From: Podarcis cretensis
Lineage: Eukaryota
DNA: 64,000 nt
Direction of reading: 5' to 3'
NCBI GenBank assembly: GCA_951804945.1
Contig: OX638149.1
Span: 51,584,001 to 51,648,000 of the forward strand
The notes under the pieces were generated by a model. That model saw nothing but the letters and a program-made list of their open reading frames with translations, was not told the origin of the DNA and searched no databases. The position numbers were made by a program, and so were the translations under genes. The first letter of the stretch is position 1, and the number at the start of each line of letters is the position of its first letter. Positions 52,201-64,000 of this stretch are shown piece after piece.

Positions 52201-55200
52201 CTAGCTGCTGGGGGGTGGGGGCGGGAGGAACCTCTCTTCCAAACATGGAGAAGGAGTGAAGAAATAAGCCTCCCTCCACATCCCGTGCTTTGGCTTCCTA
52301 GTAAGAATCACACACCCCTGTAATTAATTAGGGAAAAATAAGATCCATCACTGTATACTACCCATTAAATGAACATCTAGCTTGGCCCTAAGTCAGCGGG
52401 TGTCACAGACAGAAATTGGCCATGATATGAAACCCCAGCAAGCCTACTTTTCAGCAGCAACAAGTTGAAACTGTCAAGCGTATGTTATGGGGTGGGGAAT
52501 GTTTGTTAATCAGCACAATGTCATCAAGGCCCTTGTTGAAATAGCTGAAATCTGATCATTCCTTTGAACAGATGCAGGGAGGGGTCTTGATAAAGCTCCT
52601 CATCTGCTATGGACTGGCTGGATGCAGGGAGAGGGAGGCACCCCCTCCAGGGGAAGCAGGCTTAGAGCCAGGGGATTGGTGGTGGGATGACAATGAGTGG
52701 TCAGAGGGAGCAGAGGGGGCAGACTGGGAGGAGGGGGTGTTGGAAGCTGAAGAGGTAACAGGGTTTCGTGAGCAGGAAGCGGCTGTGACAGACAGGAATC
52801 CAGAATCAGGGGCAGGGGGAGGTCAAGAGGCAAAGTGGAGGCAGGCTGCTGAAGAAGCCAGCAAAGCTCTCCCTCCATCTGTGACCACCTCCCCTTCCCC
52901 CTGGTCTCCCAGAACAAGAAGAGGAATGAAGAGGGCGGAGCAAAGAGAGACCAGGGGGAGGAGCTGTAGGCTGCTGGAGAAGGAACCTTCAGTCCTCGCA
53001 ACTGCTTCGTTGGGGCTAGGCCTACTGGGAAGGGTTGCTGTGACCACTAGGACTGAGCTGTTTTGATTTCTTTGAATAAAGAGCTAACTTACCTGACACT
53101 GGGTGTTTTGTTGCTAACCCGCCCCTGACATCAGAACTGAGGGAACTGCCCGGCACTAAGTAGACTTCTCTCACACCTCTGCCACCACACCCTTTGGGAA
53201 GGGCAGACTTCAGGTAGTTTCAAGGTTACAAGCAGCTGATGTGTGGGACACAGCCCATCACTCCTTCTGTGGTGCTGGAGACAGAATAGCCTCTGCTCTT
53301 CGAGCCAAGCTGGATCAGCTCATGTCTGTGTCCCGGCTCCCCATTCTTCCTGATCACCCCTGTTATGGGACTGGGAGCCCATGCAGAGAGCACTTAATAT
53401 GAGCAAAGCCTAATATTAACTAGCAGGCACAAATCATTGCTTAAAAAAGGGAGTTAGGCACAGTATATGGTGTGCTTGCAATTCTGCTGCAAGTCCTAAT
53501 AGTTTGCTTCTAGCCAGATAACCGTCCTCTTTCCCACCCCACAAATCAAAGCAGGTCTATGTCACATATCACTGCCAAAGATGAAAGCCTCCAAACCGCC
53601 TGTGGCCGATGCCTTACAGGGAACTCACATGTGGGCATGTGAGAACTAGCCCAGTTCTCTCTGGTTTCGCCACAAGAGATGGAGGCCCAGACTGCACGTG
53701 AAGCAGCAGACCTGCATCTTTAAAGATGGGTCCGTGTCTGCCCCTTTCATGTGGGGTGGGGTGTGATTCATAAGGCCAAAGGGGAACATGGGTGAGGGTT
53801 CTTGGAACTCCCCCACTCGCCATCACCCCCTCCTCGAGAAATACGCACACAGCCTCTCTCCCAGAAGTTTTTCTAGCAGCCAGGCTTACTCCCTGTATCA
53901 GAAGGTGACTAGAAGAAAAGTCTTTGGAGAGAGGGACTGGGGGGAGGGATGGGAGCAGTGGACAGGCAGCTCACAGCCCACCACTCACCTACCATTTGCC
54001 CCTTAAATGCCACCCCACGAATGGAGCCAACCAGTGTTTAAAGATGCTGGATCACACCTCGTTCTCTTCTGCACTGCGGCTGCCTCTCCTCTCTGCCCCA
54101 ACATCGTATGTGACCTCTTTCTTTCATACGGTTTGTTATCAGCACATAGCAACAGGCCTCCAAAGAGCTGGCTGCCCTGTGAAATCATCTCAACCATGCA
54201 GCTTCAAGGATTCCAAAAGGCCTGTTGGATTATGAACGATGCCTGCCTATGAAATCATAGCCCCCAAAGCTTATCGATAGGTGCTGTCACTGAGTGGACT
54301 GATGGTAAGCCTTAAGTTATATCCTACTTGAAAGCAGGAACAAGAATCCTGGTTGGCAGGGGAGGTGACAAGCATGAGCCTGCTTGCCGATACTGAATCG
54401 AAAGAGCCAGCTGCATGGGAAAAAACGATCTGTCCATCTGGTGACACTAATGGCCCATAGTCAGCCAGGGGCTTCCGATGTACGAGTAGGGGGAAACTAA
54501 AAGAAAAATGCAGACAAGAGTATCAGAAGGTATAGAAGAGGAAGGAGAGGCAAAACCAGCTTCAGGTTAAGGCAGTATATCAAGTGACTTCCCTTGATTA
54601 GCTGCGTGGGTGAGAGCAAATTGTTAGCGCAAGGAAGCTCTCAAACCCAGAAGAGCAAAGGCAGTGAGATCATTCCCACCTGAGCCGGGGTGCCTCAGAC
54701 ACAGATCTCATTTTTCTCTCACACCTGCCGTCCCAAAGCCCCCAGCTTGTCTGTCTCCAAGGCACAAGCACACAACAGAGGAGTTGTGCGAAGCCTGCCC
54801 CCCCTTCAGTGGGGCCTCAGGTTTACAATGGCTTTGCAGATTAAATTCCTTGACACAATCTTCAGCACTGTGCCTCCTCTCAGATTTATGTATTCAGACT
54901 TATAGCCTGCATTGTGAAGACTGTGGACCAATGAAGTTATTCCTGGCAAAAATTCTCATTTATCCTTGCAATCAGCTTCTGAGGTAGGCCGCTATTAGTT
55001 TCTTTTTTCTTTTCTTTTTTTAAATGCTTTATTAATTTTGCAAAAAAACAATCAACAAAAACAAGCCAAGATCAATACAAATTACAAAAAGAAAAGAAAA
55101 GAAAATTCATACATCAAAGATTCCATTATGACTTCCAATCACCCCATTGTGTTTCCTGGGTTACATTATCAACTGCACACTTTCCATTGTCTCTCATAAA

Positions 55201-57338
55201 TTGTCTCAAATTGTCTTGGTTTTCTAAAATGTCATGCAGGGGTCAATCAAAACCTGCCAGAGAATTTAGATGTTTACAATGCCCTTTTAGGTATACTCTG
55301 TAAATGTCCCATTCTCTAATAAACCTTTGTTCTGTATCATCTCTCATTCTTCCTGTCGTTTTTGCTAATTCTGCGTATTCTAGCATTTTTGCCTACCAAT
55401 CCAACTTAGTGGGAACAGATTCTCCTTTCCATCCTTTAGCTATTAAAATTCTTGCTGCATACATGAAAATTCTCCTCAGATTTTTCAGAATATCATTAAT
55501 AACCAGCAGAGAGGCTTCGGGGGTTTTTGCAAAGGAAATTTTAAAAATCTTTTAAAGCTCATTGTATATTGTTTCCCAGAATCATTTTATTTTTTTACAG
55601 TTCCACCAAATGTGGATCATCGTGCCCTCTGCCTCTCCAACAAATGCTTGACCTGATTTTATGTATTTTAGCCAGTTTTGAAAGTGTTAGATACCAACAG
55701 TGAAGCATTTTCATGAAATTCTCTTTCAGGTTATAGCACGCAGTGAACTTCAAGTCTTCAAGTCACTTTGCAAACTGAACTGAAACACTGCTGACTCGCT
55801 CACTTGGTTAAAGTCAGCCGGTGAGTTCATTGGATTAATACCCAGGTTTCACAGGCCAGCTCTTAATACTCTACTAACTGGCTCTTGATTAAACCAGCAG
55901 TGACAATAAAGGTGACATGTGCCTTATTTTCCCCCCTTCTGCATGTTGAGTAAGATACTAGAGCATTGCAGAAAGCGTCTCATGATTCATAGAGCCTGCT
56001 GCAGCAGGCAAACTTTGTTTTGTCAATTCCCTTAAGACCATACCTAATTCTGCTGAGAACCAAAAGGCAGATCCTCTTGCTATTGACATTGTCTTTATGT
56101 CTATTAGACTCTTAAAAAGTGGCTTTCAACTGGGTTCTGGAAAAGCCCTGGTGGTTCCTTGGAGGGTTCTTCATGAGAAGATTAGTAATGACCAAGAAGC
56201 CTCCCTGAAGTTCCTCATAGAATCATAGAATTGCCAAGCTGGAAGGGACCCAAGGGTCATCTATTCCAACCCCCTACAATGCAGGAATCTTTTGCCTAAC
56301 ATGGGGCTCGAACCCACAAACCTGAGATTAAGAGTCTATGCTACCTTGACAGTCTTCAGGAGACAAGGCAACACAGAAACATATTCCTGAAGATAAAACA
56401 GTTGAAAACCACTGATCTAGTATGACACCCTCCCACACTCAGTTTGCATGCTTTTCATGTTCAAAAGTTTATTTTATTTATTTAAACAAAATTAATATAC
56501 TGCTTGCTTGACAGAATATCTCTCAAGTGGTTTTAATCTATCAGCACACCAACTGTGACTTGTTTTCAAGCGACTTTACAGATAAATATGCCCATATCCA
56601 ATTCAACATAGACTCTGCCCCAACTGCGGTATCTAAGCCAGAGTTATGTCAGGCTACCCGTTGCCAAAACTGCTTAGATTACTCGATCATTGGATGTCAA
56701 CAGGATGCCTGGGGAATCTCGCATATCAGTCTGGAGTCCATAAGGGTTTGGAAATGAGACCAGAGGAGCTGTTCCTTGGAAGATTTCAGACTGAAAGTGG
56801 ATCAAGAATAAAACCCATTCCCCTTCTCCCAGAATTTGAACATGAGGTTCAGCTCTGAAACAGATCCCTTTATATTAAACCAAAACATGCAGTCCAAAGT
56901 AAACACATTGCTTATCGCAAATACTGCAATTTTAAGAGACAGTTCAGTATTCATTCTTTGTTTTAAGTCGGGGTACTAAAAGCATTCAAGTTTAAATGAG
57001 TACCGACAGCAATACAGTCAAATGTACAGGCTTCCCTGTATTGAACACAAAAGCAGTGATCAGGAAAGACTTGTGTCCCCACGTCTGTGTTTATCATAGG
57101 CAGCCTGCATCATTCAAATTGCATATGCACCATGCACAACTGGCAGTGCCAACACTATTTCAGTACAGGCACTTTTTCTACCCAAGTATAAAGCAGGAGC
57201 TGATTCTCGCTGTAGGAAATAACCACAGATCTAATTGCTGAAGGAGTGCTCACCTTGCTGCTTTCTGTGTAAGCTCCATGGGGAAGTCAGGGCAAAGCAG
57301 CTGCAGGAGGCAGTGGTACTCCTTGGCTGTCAAGAGGT
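39862..57338 (-). CDS. CSTPP1: CSTPP1/C11orf49 (centriolar satellite-associated tubulin polyglutamylase complex regulator 1), last six exons: 57338-57254, 48805-48720, 45562-45367, 44297-44188, 40740-40677, 40042-39862; 5' exons lie outside the window
   Basis: DLLTAKEYHCLLQLLCPDFPMELTQKAAR|IVLMDDAVDCLMSFSDFLFALQIQFYYSE|FIESVAAIYQELLTGKNPNTVIVPTSSSGQHR...|CPPSAIVKEVLS...|ALPDKADLLLDPHMDQELEKL|VAQV...ESDGSTEETDSSEN*. GT-AG boundaries and phases are consistent; synteny with ARFGAP2. Confidence 0.93.
45890..45932. repeat. (AAAAC)n microsatellite: tail of a short L2-like 3' end inserted into a hAT MITE (~45765-46030)
   Basis: Repeat visible; the flanking halves (cagggg...ggacta / cccatcatccctggcc...tgtagcccacaacatctgg) resemble the 28892 MITE. 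Confidence 0.7.
47350..48130 (+). mobile_element. L2 LINE 3' fragment interrupted by a truncated Sauria SINE
   Basis: Translates ...HALVTSRLNYYSDLHIGLPLETVQKL...QLLQTSAARML and ...FKTLNSLGPDYL...RAFSVSAPHL (L2 ORF2 C-terminus). Confidence 0.8.
47672..47897 (-). mobile_element. 5'-truncated Sauria SINE
   Basis: (AAAGGT)n tail plus ~225 nt of body nearly identical to the 13314 copy; TSD GAACTGGT. Confidence 0.92.
49234..49270. repeat. (CA)n microsatellite
   Basis: Directly visible. Confidence 0.95.
50261..50408 (-). mobile_element. tRNA-Lys(CTT)-head / CR1-tail SINE
   Basis: Reverse complement of the 59251 element (agaatcatagaactgtagggttggaaggg...ctgagattaagaatctcatgctgtaccagctgagccatcc). 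Confidence 0.8.
52605..53130 (+). mobile_element. Probable solo LTR
   Basis: Begins TG(C)TA, ends TGACA, with AATAAA at ~53075 near the 3' end and a purine-rich body; TSD not clean. Confidence 0.55.
55003..55760 (-). mobile_element. L1-clade LINE 3' fragment
   Basis: Poly(T) run plus TTTATT at the left end (poly(A) tail on -); minus strand reads ...GTMIHIWWNCKKIK, the L1 ORF2 C-terminal CCHC-type motif. Confidence 0.75.
56216..56345 (-). mobile_element. tRNA-Lys(CTT)-head / CR1-tail SINE
   Basis: catagaatcatagaattgccaagctggaagggacc...ggggctcgaacccacaaacctgagattaagagtc. Confidence 0.8.
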
Positions 57339-58384
57339 CTGCAACAGAAAGAGAAGGATATTATTACTATTTGTGTTCATTCAGTTTATGAGTCATTTCC
57401 CACAACCATCACAGAACAACTTGCAAAAATTAAAATAACAATGCAGAATGAAGTGTTAAAAGGCAATGTCATACAGACAAGAAGGTGGGTGAAGCATAAT
57501 AGAGACTCAACCACTAAGGAGTCAGAAGGAAGCGATTTCCATGCCAACCTGTATTTGTCACAATCAGCACCATTTCTGTTTCGCTGCAGTTCAGTTTCCA
57601 ACAAATACTTCATTATTTACCTCACTGCCTACTAATTAACTTAAGTTATATAACTTACCATAACGTATGTGACTATTTATGTGACTTGCACAACTTGCAT
57701 TCGTTTCAATGTAAAGGAAATATCATAACAATCTTTAATAAGTCATCAATCACGTATCATTTGCATGGGGGGTGACGATGATGTGAAGGAAAACAATGGT
57801 GTTAATTCACTTGGCTGATTTCCATTCCTGACCACAGACAAACACACCAACTGCAGCAATTTCCGCTTTCTTTTCCATTTTTGCTGGAATATGCCAACAT
57901 TCCTTTATTTTTACATTTTTCTTTATGACATTATTTCCAAATCCTCAACTACCAAAAAAAAATAGTGGGGCTAGTGATGGCATAAAGTGCATAAAGGACT
58001 TAGATCATGTTTAGAGTTTGTAGGGAATTCCAGCATTTGGGGAGTGGAACATCTGCTTCCTTAACAGTCTAGACTCTTTCTTTCTTTATCCATAGGCTCC
58101 AAATGTTCCTTATTTACTAACACCTCTCCTCCTGCCACCACATTGCTTTCTGCCAAAAAGAAGAATCCAAATTCTGCAAAAAAATATGCATGTATGCAGT
58201 TTTCTGAGTTCAGTAAGAATATGTCACATTGTTTGACTTAGTATATTTTAAAAACAAGTTAGTTTTCCTATTACGGGAGCCAGATTTTCTTGCCAACAGA
58301 GTATGAACATGGAAAGTGACAATAGGACTTATCTTCATTGGTATAGGTAGGCATTCCAAAAGAAAAGTTGTAACAGAAAGGGCA

Positions 58385-58762
58385 GGGACGCAGGTGGCGC
58401 TGTGGGTTAAAGCCTCAGCGCCTAGGGCTTGCCGATCGAAAGGTCGGCGGTTCGAATCCCTGCGGCGGGGTGCGCTCCCGCTGCTCGGTCCCAGCGCCTG
58501 CCAACCTAGCAGTTCGAAAGCACCTCCGGGTGCAAGTAGATAAATAGGGACCGCTTACCAGCGGGAAGGTAAACGGCGTTTCCGTGTGCGGCTCTGACTC
58601 TGGCTCTGGCTCTGGCCAGAGCAGCGATGTCACGCTGGCCACGTGACCCGGAAGTGTCTCCGGACAGCGCTGGCCCCTGGCCTCTTAAGTGAGATGGGCG
58701 CACAACCCCAGAGTCTGTCAAGACTGGCCCGTACGGGCAGGGGTACCTTTACCTTTACCTTT
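58385..58762 (+). mobile_element. Full-length Sauria SINE
   Basis: Intact A/B boxes, (ACCTTT)3 tail, 13-bp TSD TAACAGAAAGGGC. Confidence 0.95.
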
Positions 58763-58919
58763 TAACAGAAAGGGCTGTAGTTGAATGGCAGATTATCAGA
58801 ATTCATCTCCAGATACGGCTGGGAGAGAGAGACCCATCTGAAAATCCAGAGAGCTGCTTCCAGTCAATAAAAACAATATAAAGCTACATTGATAGATGGT
58901 CCGACTCAGTAAAACATGT

Positions 58920-59055
58920 ATCACTTAATGCACAAAACTTCCCCCAAAGAACCCAGGGAAGTGCAGTTCACCCTTCACACAGCTACAATTCCCAGTACCC
59001 TTACTGAATGAGAGTTTCTGGGATTCTTTGGGGGTCATGCTTTAAATGTGCTTTA
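58920..59055. mobile_element. Palindromic MITE relic
   Basis: cccccaaagaacccagggaa ... tttctgggattctttggggg inverted repeat. Confidence 0.55.
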
Positions 59056-59250
59056 CATGCATGATGTACATAAAGTCCTGAGGGCCAAATTATATGTTTC
59101 ATACGGATATATGTAAAATTAAACCAATGACCAACTTAAAGAGGAAAAGTAATTTCTGGAGAGGCAATCTGGACCAGAAACGATGATGACTAAGCCTGGC
59201 CAGCCATTTCCCTGCTTCAGATCTGCCAAGTAGCTTCTCTCCTTTAGACA

Positions 59251-59395
59251 GTGAGAATAGCTCAGCTGGTACAGCAAGGGACTCTTAATCTCAGGGTTGC
59301 GGGTTTGAGCCCCACATTGGGCAAAACGATTCCTGCATTGCAGGGGGCTGGACTAGATGACCCTCGTGGTCCCTTCCAACTCTACAATTCTTTGA
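59251..59395 (+). mobile_element. tRNA-Lys(CTT)-head / CR1-tail SINE
   Basis: Head resembles tRNA-Lys(CTT) (TAGCTCAG...GACTCTTAATCTCAGGGT...GAGCCCCAC.TTGGGC) fused to a CR1 3' end; B-box mutated. Confidence 0.85.
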
Positions 59396-60530
59396 ACCCT
59401 GTGAGGGTGGGGAGCTGCCCATGATGTGGGGTTGGGAAATGGTGGTCATGGATGGGGTGCACACACAGACGCTGCAAACTTCTCCGGACCTGACTGCACA
59501 CTCTTGAAACATCTTTTCTTATTTAAAAAGGGCTGTGATGGCAACATTACATGCATCTGTGTGTAATGTCTCTTTTGGCCCAGTGAAGAGCCAAAAGCCC
59601 AGTGAATTAAAAGTTGCTTAAATTTGTTAAAAATCATTGGCAGGGTAACATTCGCTACCACATGCTAAGAAACCCATCCAAGCAACATCTGGCAGCATTA
59701 GGAAAGGCAAACAAGATCTAGGGGCATGTATGCAGAAGTATGGAGCACAAACCCACAGGCATTATTACTTTGGCATCCAGCGAGGCAGCTGGATGGCCTC
59801 TTTTGTAATTGTGTGTGCAAATCTGGTCACTATATTAAAGGAAGGCAGAGAGACCAGATCCAAAATACACAAGACAGCCAACCCAATGATTCATCTCTTC
59901 GGGAGCTGCTTTGTGAGAGGCTGGCAGAGAATGGCTTCTGTGGCTCAGAAGTGGGGCAGGGGGAGAGACGAAAGAGGTGAAGCTCAGGGAGGTTTATGGG
60001 ATCTAAGGAGAATGGAAACATACTGATGTCAAAAGCTGCTCATGATTGCATGTTCCCTGTCCAAAAGCCTGTGGACTGAAGTTAAGGAGAGGACTGGCTG
60101 AACAACAGTAATTTTGCTGTATTTCTATATGCAGAAGAATGCAAAGTATGGAAGAAAAGCCAGTAGTAGAACAAGGGCCAGGCTGGAAGCAGGCAGGCAG
60201 GATCCAAAGTGAACTAAGCGGGAGGACAGGGCTGGAAGAAACTTGGGTCACTCAGTTAGCCCTCTATAGCTCGTCCATTTTCTCACTCCAGTGTTCCATT
60301 AATGCAATTGGGATCCAAAGATGTCCAGTCATGTGCACAGAATGTTTACGTGTGTGCACATGGAGCTAGCCAGCTTTCCCTTCTGTCTGCAGTACATGGT
60401 GCCTCATTCAACAATGCTCTAGCACATGGCGGTCCAAATTTTCATACTAAGTGGGCCACAAGAGTCCTTTGTCACAGAATCTGTGGTTTGCACACTGCCT
60501 TGTCACATAGGGGGAGCCAGGCCAAAATTT

Positions 60531-60565
<35 letters not shown>

Positions 60566-61072
60566 CGCCAGTCCTTGCACTGCCTTGCCAAAGACAGCTA
60601 AGCAAGGCATTAGGCTCTGGGAAGAAGGCATGAGGCTCTGGGAGGGTCCTAGAGCCCTCCCATCTCCTTCCCAAAGGAGGTGGGAGGACTCCAGGACCCT
60701 GTCTGAACCCTCACGTCTCCTTCCCAAAGCCCACCACCTTGCTTTCACAACTTTGGGAGGGTGGTGTGAGGGCTGTGGATGGAGGGGGGGGGAGAGCATC
60801 AAATGTTGCTGAGAGACCACCCTGCTCTATAGGAACTCTAGACATGTAAGAGCATCTTTTCAGCAGAGGGGCAATAGGAGTGGAGTAGGCTGGGAGGTCC
60901 TGGAAAACTGATGGGTGCAATGCTATTGGGGTCCTCACCTATATTTCCAGTCAATATTTCACCTATATTTCCACAAATCATGGGATTTCTGTTTCACAAT
61001 GTACTCTATTATAGTACTCACAATTTCCCCCATTGTTGTTGAGACTTGACATACTCACAGCACAGCCATATA

Positions 61073-61668
61073 CAGTGGTACCTCAGATTACATACGCTTC
61101 GGGTTACAGATGCTTCAGGTTACAGATTCTGCTAACCCAAAAATAGTGCTTCAGGTTAAGAACTTTGCTTCAGGATGAGAACAGAAATCGTGCTCCAGCG
61201 GCGTGGCGGCAGCAGGAGGCCCCATTAGCTAAAGTGGTGCTTCAGGTTAAGAACAGTTTCAGGTTAAGAACGGACCTCCAGAACAAATTACCGTATTTTT
61301 CGCCCTATAGGACTTTTTCCCCTCCAAAAATGAAGGGGAAATGTGTGTGCATCCTATGGGGTGAATGCAGGCTTTCGCTGATGCCTGGAGAGCGAGAGGG
61401 GTTGGTGCGCACCGACCCCTCTCGCTCTCCAGGCTTCAGGAAGCTATCCCCCCAGCCCGGCAAGCTCCGGGAGCAATGGCAAGGTTGCGCGCAACCTCGC
61501 CTTCGCTCCCGGATCCCCAGCCCCGAGGCTAAAAACAAAACCAGGACAGCGAGCGGGATCCAATTTATTCCTTTATTCCCCCCCCCAAAAAAAAATAAGT
61601 GCGTCCTATGGGCCGGTGCGCCCTATAGGGCGAATATTACGGTAAGTACTTAGCCAGAGGTACCACTG
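61073..61668. mobile_element. Tigger-like MITE carrying a nested insertion
   Basis: TA-CAGTGGTACCT...AGGTACCACTG-TA; body matches the 18466 copy apart from the 61291-61642 insert. Confidence 0.88.
61291..61642. mobile_element. Second Tc1/mariner-superfamily MITE nested at a TA
   Basis: TIRs CCGTATTTTTCGCCCTATAGG / CCTATAGGGCGAATATTACGG; TA duplication; CpG-rich. Confidence 0.88.
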
Positions 61669-62447
61669 TATAGATGGAATTTTGAGTTAGTTCACAACAG
61701 CCAGAATACAAGATCCTTCTCATGGATGTTTGGCAGCATTCTGCTTCCCTTCCATTCAACCTGTATTTGCTTATAGCAGTAAATGGAAGGGGACTGAGAT
61801 CTCTTCTGTTGCAGACCTGGAAGATGGGGCTTTTCCTTCTCCAGCTCTTTTCTCTCTCATGGGGATTGTGTTGTTTGTACTCCAGTTGTCCCTCCAAACT
61901 TTCAGTGCTGAATTTTAATCAACAGACATTTCCTGGGTTCCTGTGACTGCTCAAAGCGGCCATGACTGAGGAGCCTGAAAATCTGACACCATCTCAAGGA
62001 AGGCGAACGGGGGAAAAAGTTCTACTGCCCTAACAAAGTTTATAGAAACAGGTGTGGTTCTGCGGCAGAATCTCCCCCCCCCCAAGCAGCAGCTGTGTGT
62101 GTTTATGTATTATCCTATGCTGAATGCTAATTCCTGGGGACTGGTTCTCAGTAAAATGATATCAAATAACTTTCCTTTAGCTTCATTGCTGTTCCCAGTT
62201 TTGAGAGTTTTTTTGTTTTGTTTTAATTCTCAGAGGTGTAGAAACTTCTTATCGAGAAAAATGCACACTGGACCTTCTTCTGAGGAGCACAAGACAACAA
62301 AATGCTAAATGCTCCTTTCTTTATGGATGTGGGGAAAGATGCACAAAAACACTTGCAAGCTGCAGTCCTGCTCTCTTTCCTTGTAAAGTTGTTTTGTGAA
62401 CCGCCAAGACCTCTGGGTATAGGGCAGTATATAAATTCAATAAACAC

Positions 62448-62448
<1 letters not shown>

Positions 62449-62487
<39 letters not shown>
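62449..62487. repeat. (CAA)n microsatellite
   Basis: Directly visible. Confidence 0.95.
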
Positions 62488-64000
62488 AGTAACCAGTAAG
62501 AAATTCTAAACTCTGCACTGAGAGACTTTGCTTGGTGGGGAAATGGGTACATCCCTCTTTTCTTCCACCACACAAATAACATCATGTGTGATCTTGCTTA
62601 ATTTTGGGGATGGTGGGGGAGGGGAGAGAAATATGACATGGTGAAAGGGAAGCAAGTACCTCACTTCATCACAGGAGATGAGAAGACAGAAGCTGCTCCA
62701 TCCCACCACATGAACACTTGCCAGTCCTTTTCATGCCTACAATGGGTCACTGCCTACATATTTCCACACTTTTAATCTGCAGAGAGGAGGGCTAGGAAAC
62801 TTATTTTTTCACAATCTCAGGCCAGATTCCTTTAAAAGCAATACACGTTTCTGTGGTCCTTGCATAATTATTTATGGAACGTTAATTGTATTGGGAGTAT
62901 CCACAGAAACACAGAACACAACGTCTTGAGTCCTGTGCCAAGCATCCTTGATTTTAAGGCAGCTGAAACTAAACCACTATATATTCCAGTTCCACTGCAA
63001 AATGGGATTTTTTTACATCAGGCTAACCCTGGGAAGTTCATGAACACGATCTCTCTTTGCATCTGATCATCCTATCTAAACAGGCCTAGTCGTTCAGCTC
63101 ATTTCAGGGATTCATTACATGTACCCTGGAGATAGTCAGGTTTTACTGTCATGATTCAGATATGAATGAAGCACACACAGATTTGAGGTATCACACTACA
63201 TAATATTGCATTGGGAGATGCTACAGTAATCGTGGCAAGGTTTAGCCTATTATATTTTACAGCAGTTAAAAATACTTGTAAAACTTTTTTTTAATCTTGT
63301 GAAAATTATCTAGGATAAAGTCATCACTCACTGTTCAATTATTCTGCAAGGGTAAGAGCATGATACAATTTATGACTGCAAATAAAGTTAGCTATACAGC
63401 TGCAGGTGAATTCCACATGGATTTTCATCCTTCGCAGTAATCTGCATCTTTATTAAGAGATATATGATAAAGTCCCAGTTGTTATTGCAAAACAGAAAGA
63501 TGGCCAGATGTTTTCCTTATATCTTCAGGTCATGTTCAACCTGCTGCCTATCATTTAAAAAGAAGATGGAAGGGGTGTAGGCATCTCTACTGATGTAAGT
63601 AATAAAGCTTCACTATGTTCAAAGGTAAGTAAACATGATTCTTCACTGTGTCATCTGTGGATAGATTTTTGTCATGCCTACATTGCACCTAAACTAAGGC
63701 AGAAATTCACTTGCATTGAATTGTGAGCATTGCTTTGCTTTGTTTCCTTCTCTTAGCCAGAAAGCACCATTTGTTGCCACCATTCCACATTTCTTCTGAC
63801 CAGTATTTCACAATGACCCGCTGAATAATTCTGGTATTCTGGTCACTTTGTGAACATTAGAAGAGAGCTCCACTGGAGATAATGATGCAGTAACAACCAC
63901 TGATATATCTGATGAACTGATATATCTTCTTGATATGCTGCAACAAGCTTCAACATTTATGAAACCTATATATTGATAGGCAGTCTTGACGGATGTTTTT

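Noticed and set aside
59251-59325. tRNA-Lys(CTT) gene
   Set aside because: Mutated B-box and acceptor stem, direct fusion to a CR1 tail, and related copies at 50261 and 56216: this is a SINE.
62223-62585. PolyQ/polyC/polyV ORFs
   Set aside because: Translations of an intronic (CAA)n microsatellite.
57339-64000. Further upstream CSTPP1 exon
   Set aside because: No segment translating to the expected preceding CSTPP1 sequence was found; treated as intron.

Overview
Vertebrate genomic DNA, almost certainly from a squamate and probably a lacertid lizard, judged from the young Sauria SINEs, tRNA-Lys/CR1 SINEs and CR1/L2/hAT/Tc1-mariner repeats. The window holds the conserved PACSIN3 (last coding exon, +) - ARFGAP2 (complete, 16 exons, +) - CSTPP1/C11orf49 (last six exons, -) block. 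Between PACSIN3 and ARFGAP2, where the human genes are direct neighbours, there is an intact spliced 6-exon gene on the minus strand. It encodes a ~907-aa THAP9-like, P-element-transposase-derived protein with a C2CH THAP finger, an EHQY HCF-1-binding motif, an RNase H-like core and a C-terminal CxxC. Its start codon is only 202 nt from the ARFGAP2 start codon on a shared CpG island. It keeps the THAP9-type acidic residues but has altered P-transposase signature/GTP-pocket motifs. This candidate second domesticated P-element gene is the main finding. All exon models were built by eye from GT/GC-AG boundaries, phase consistency and recalled protein homology; no database search was run.
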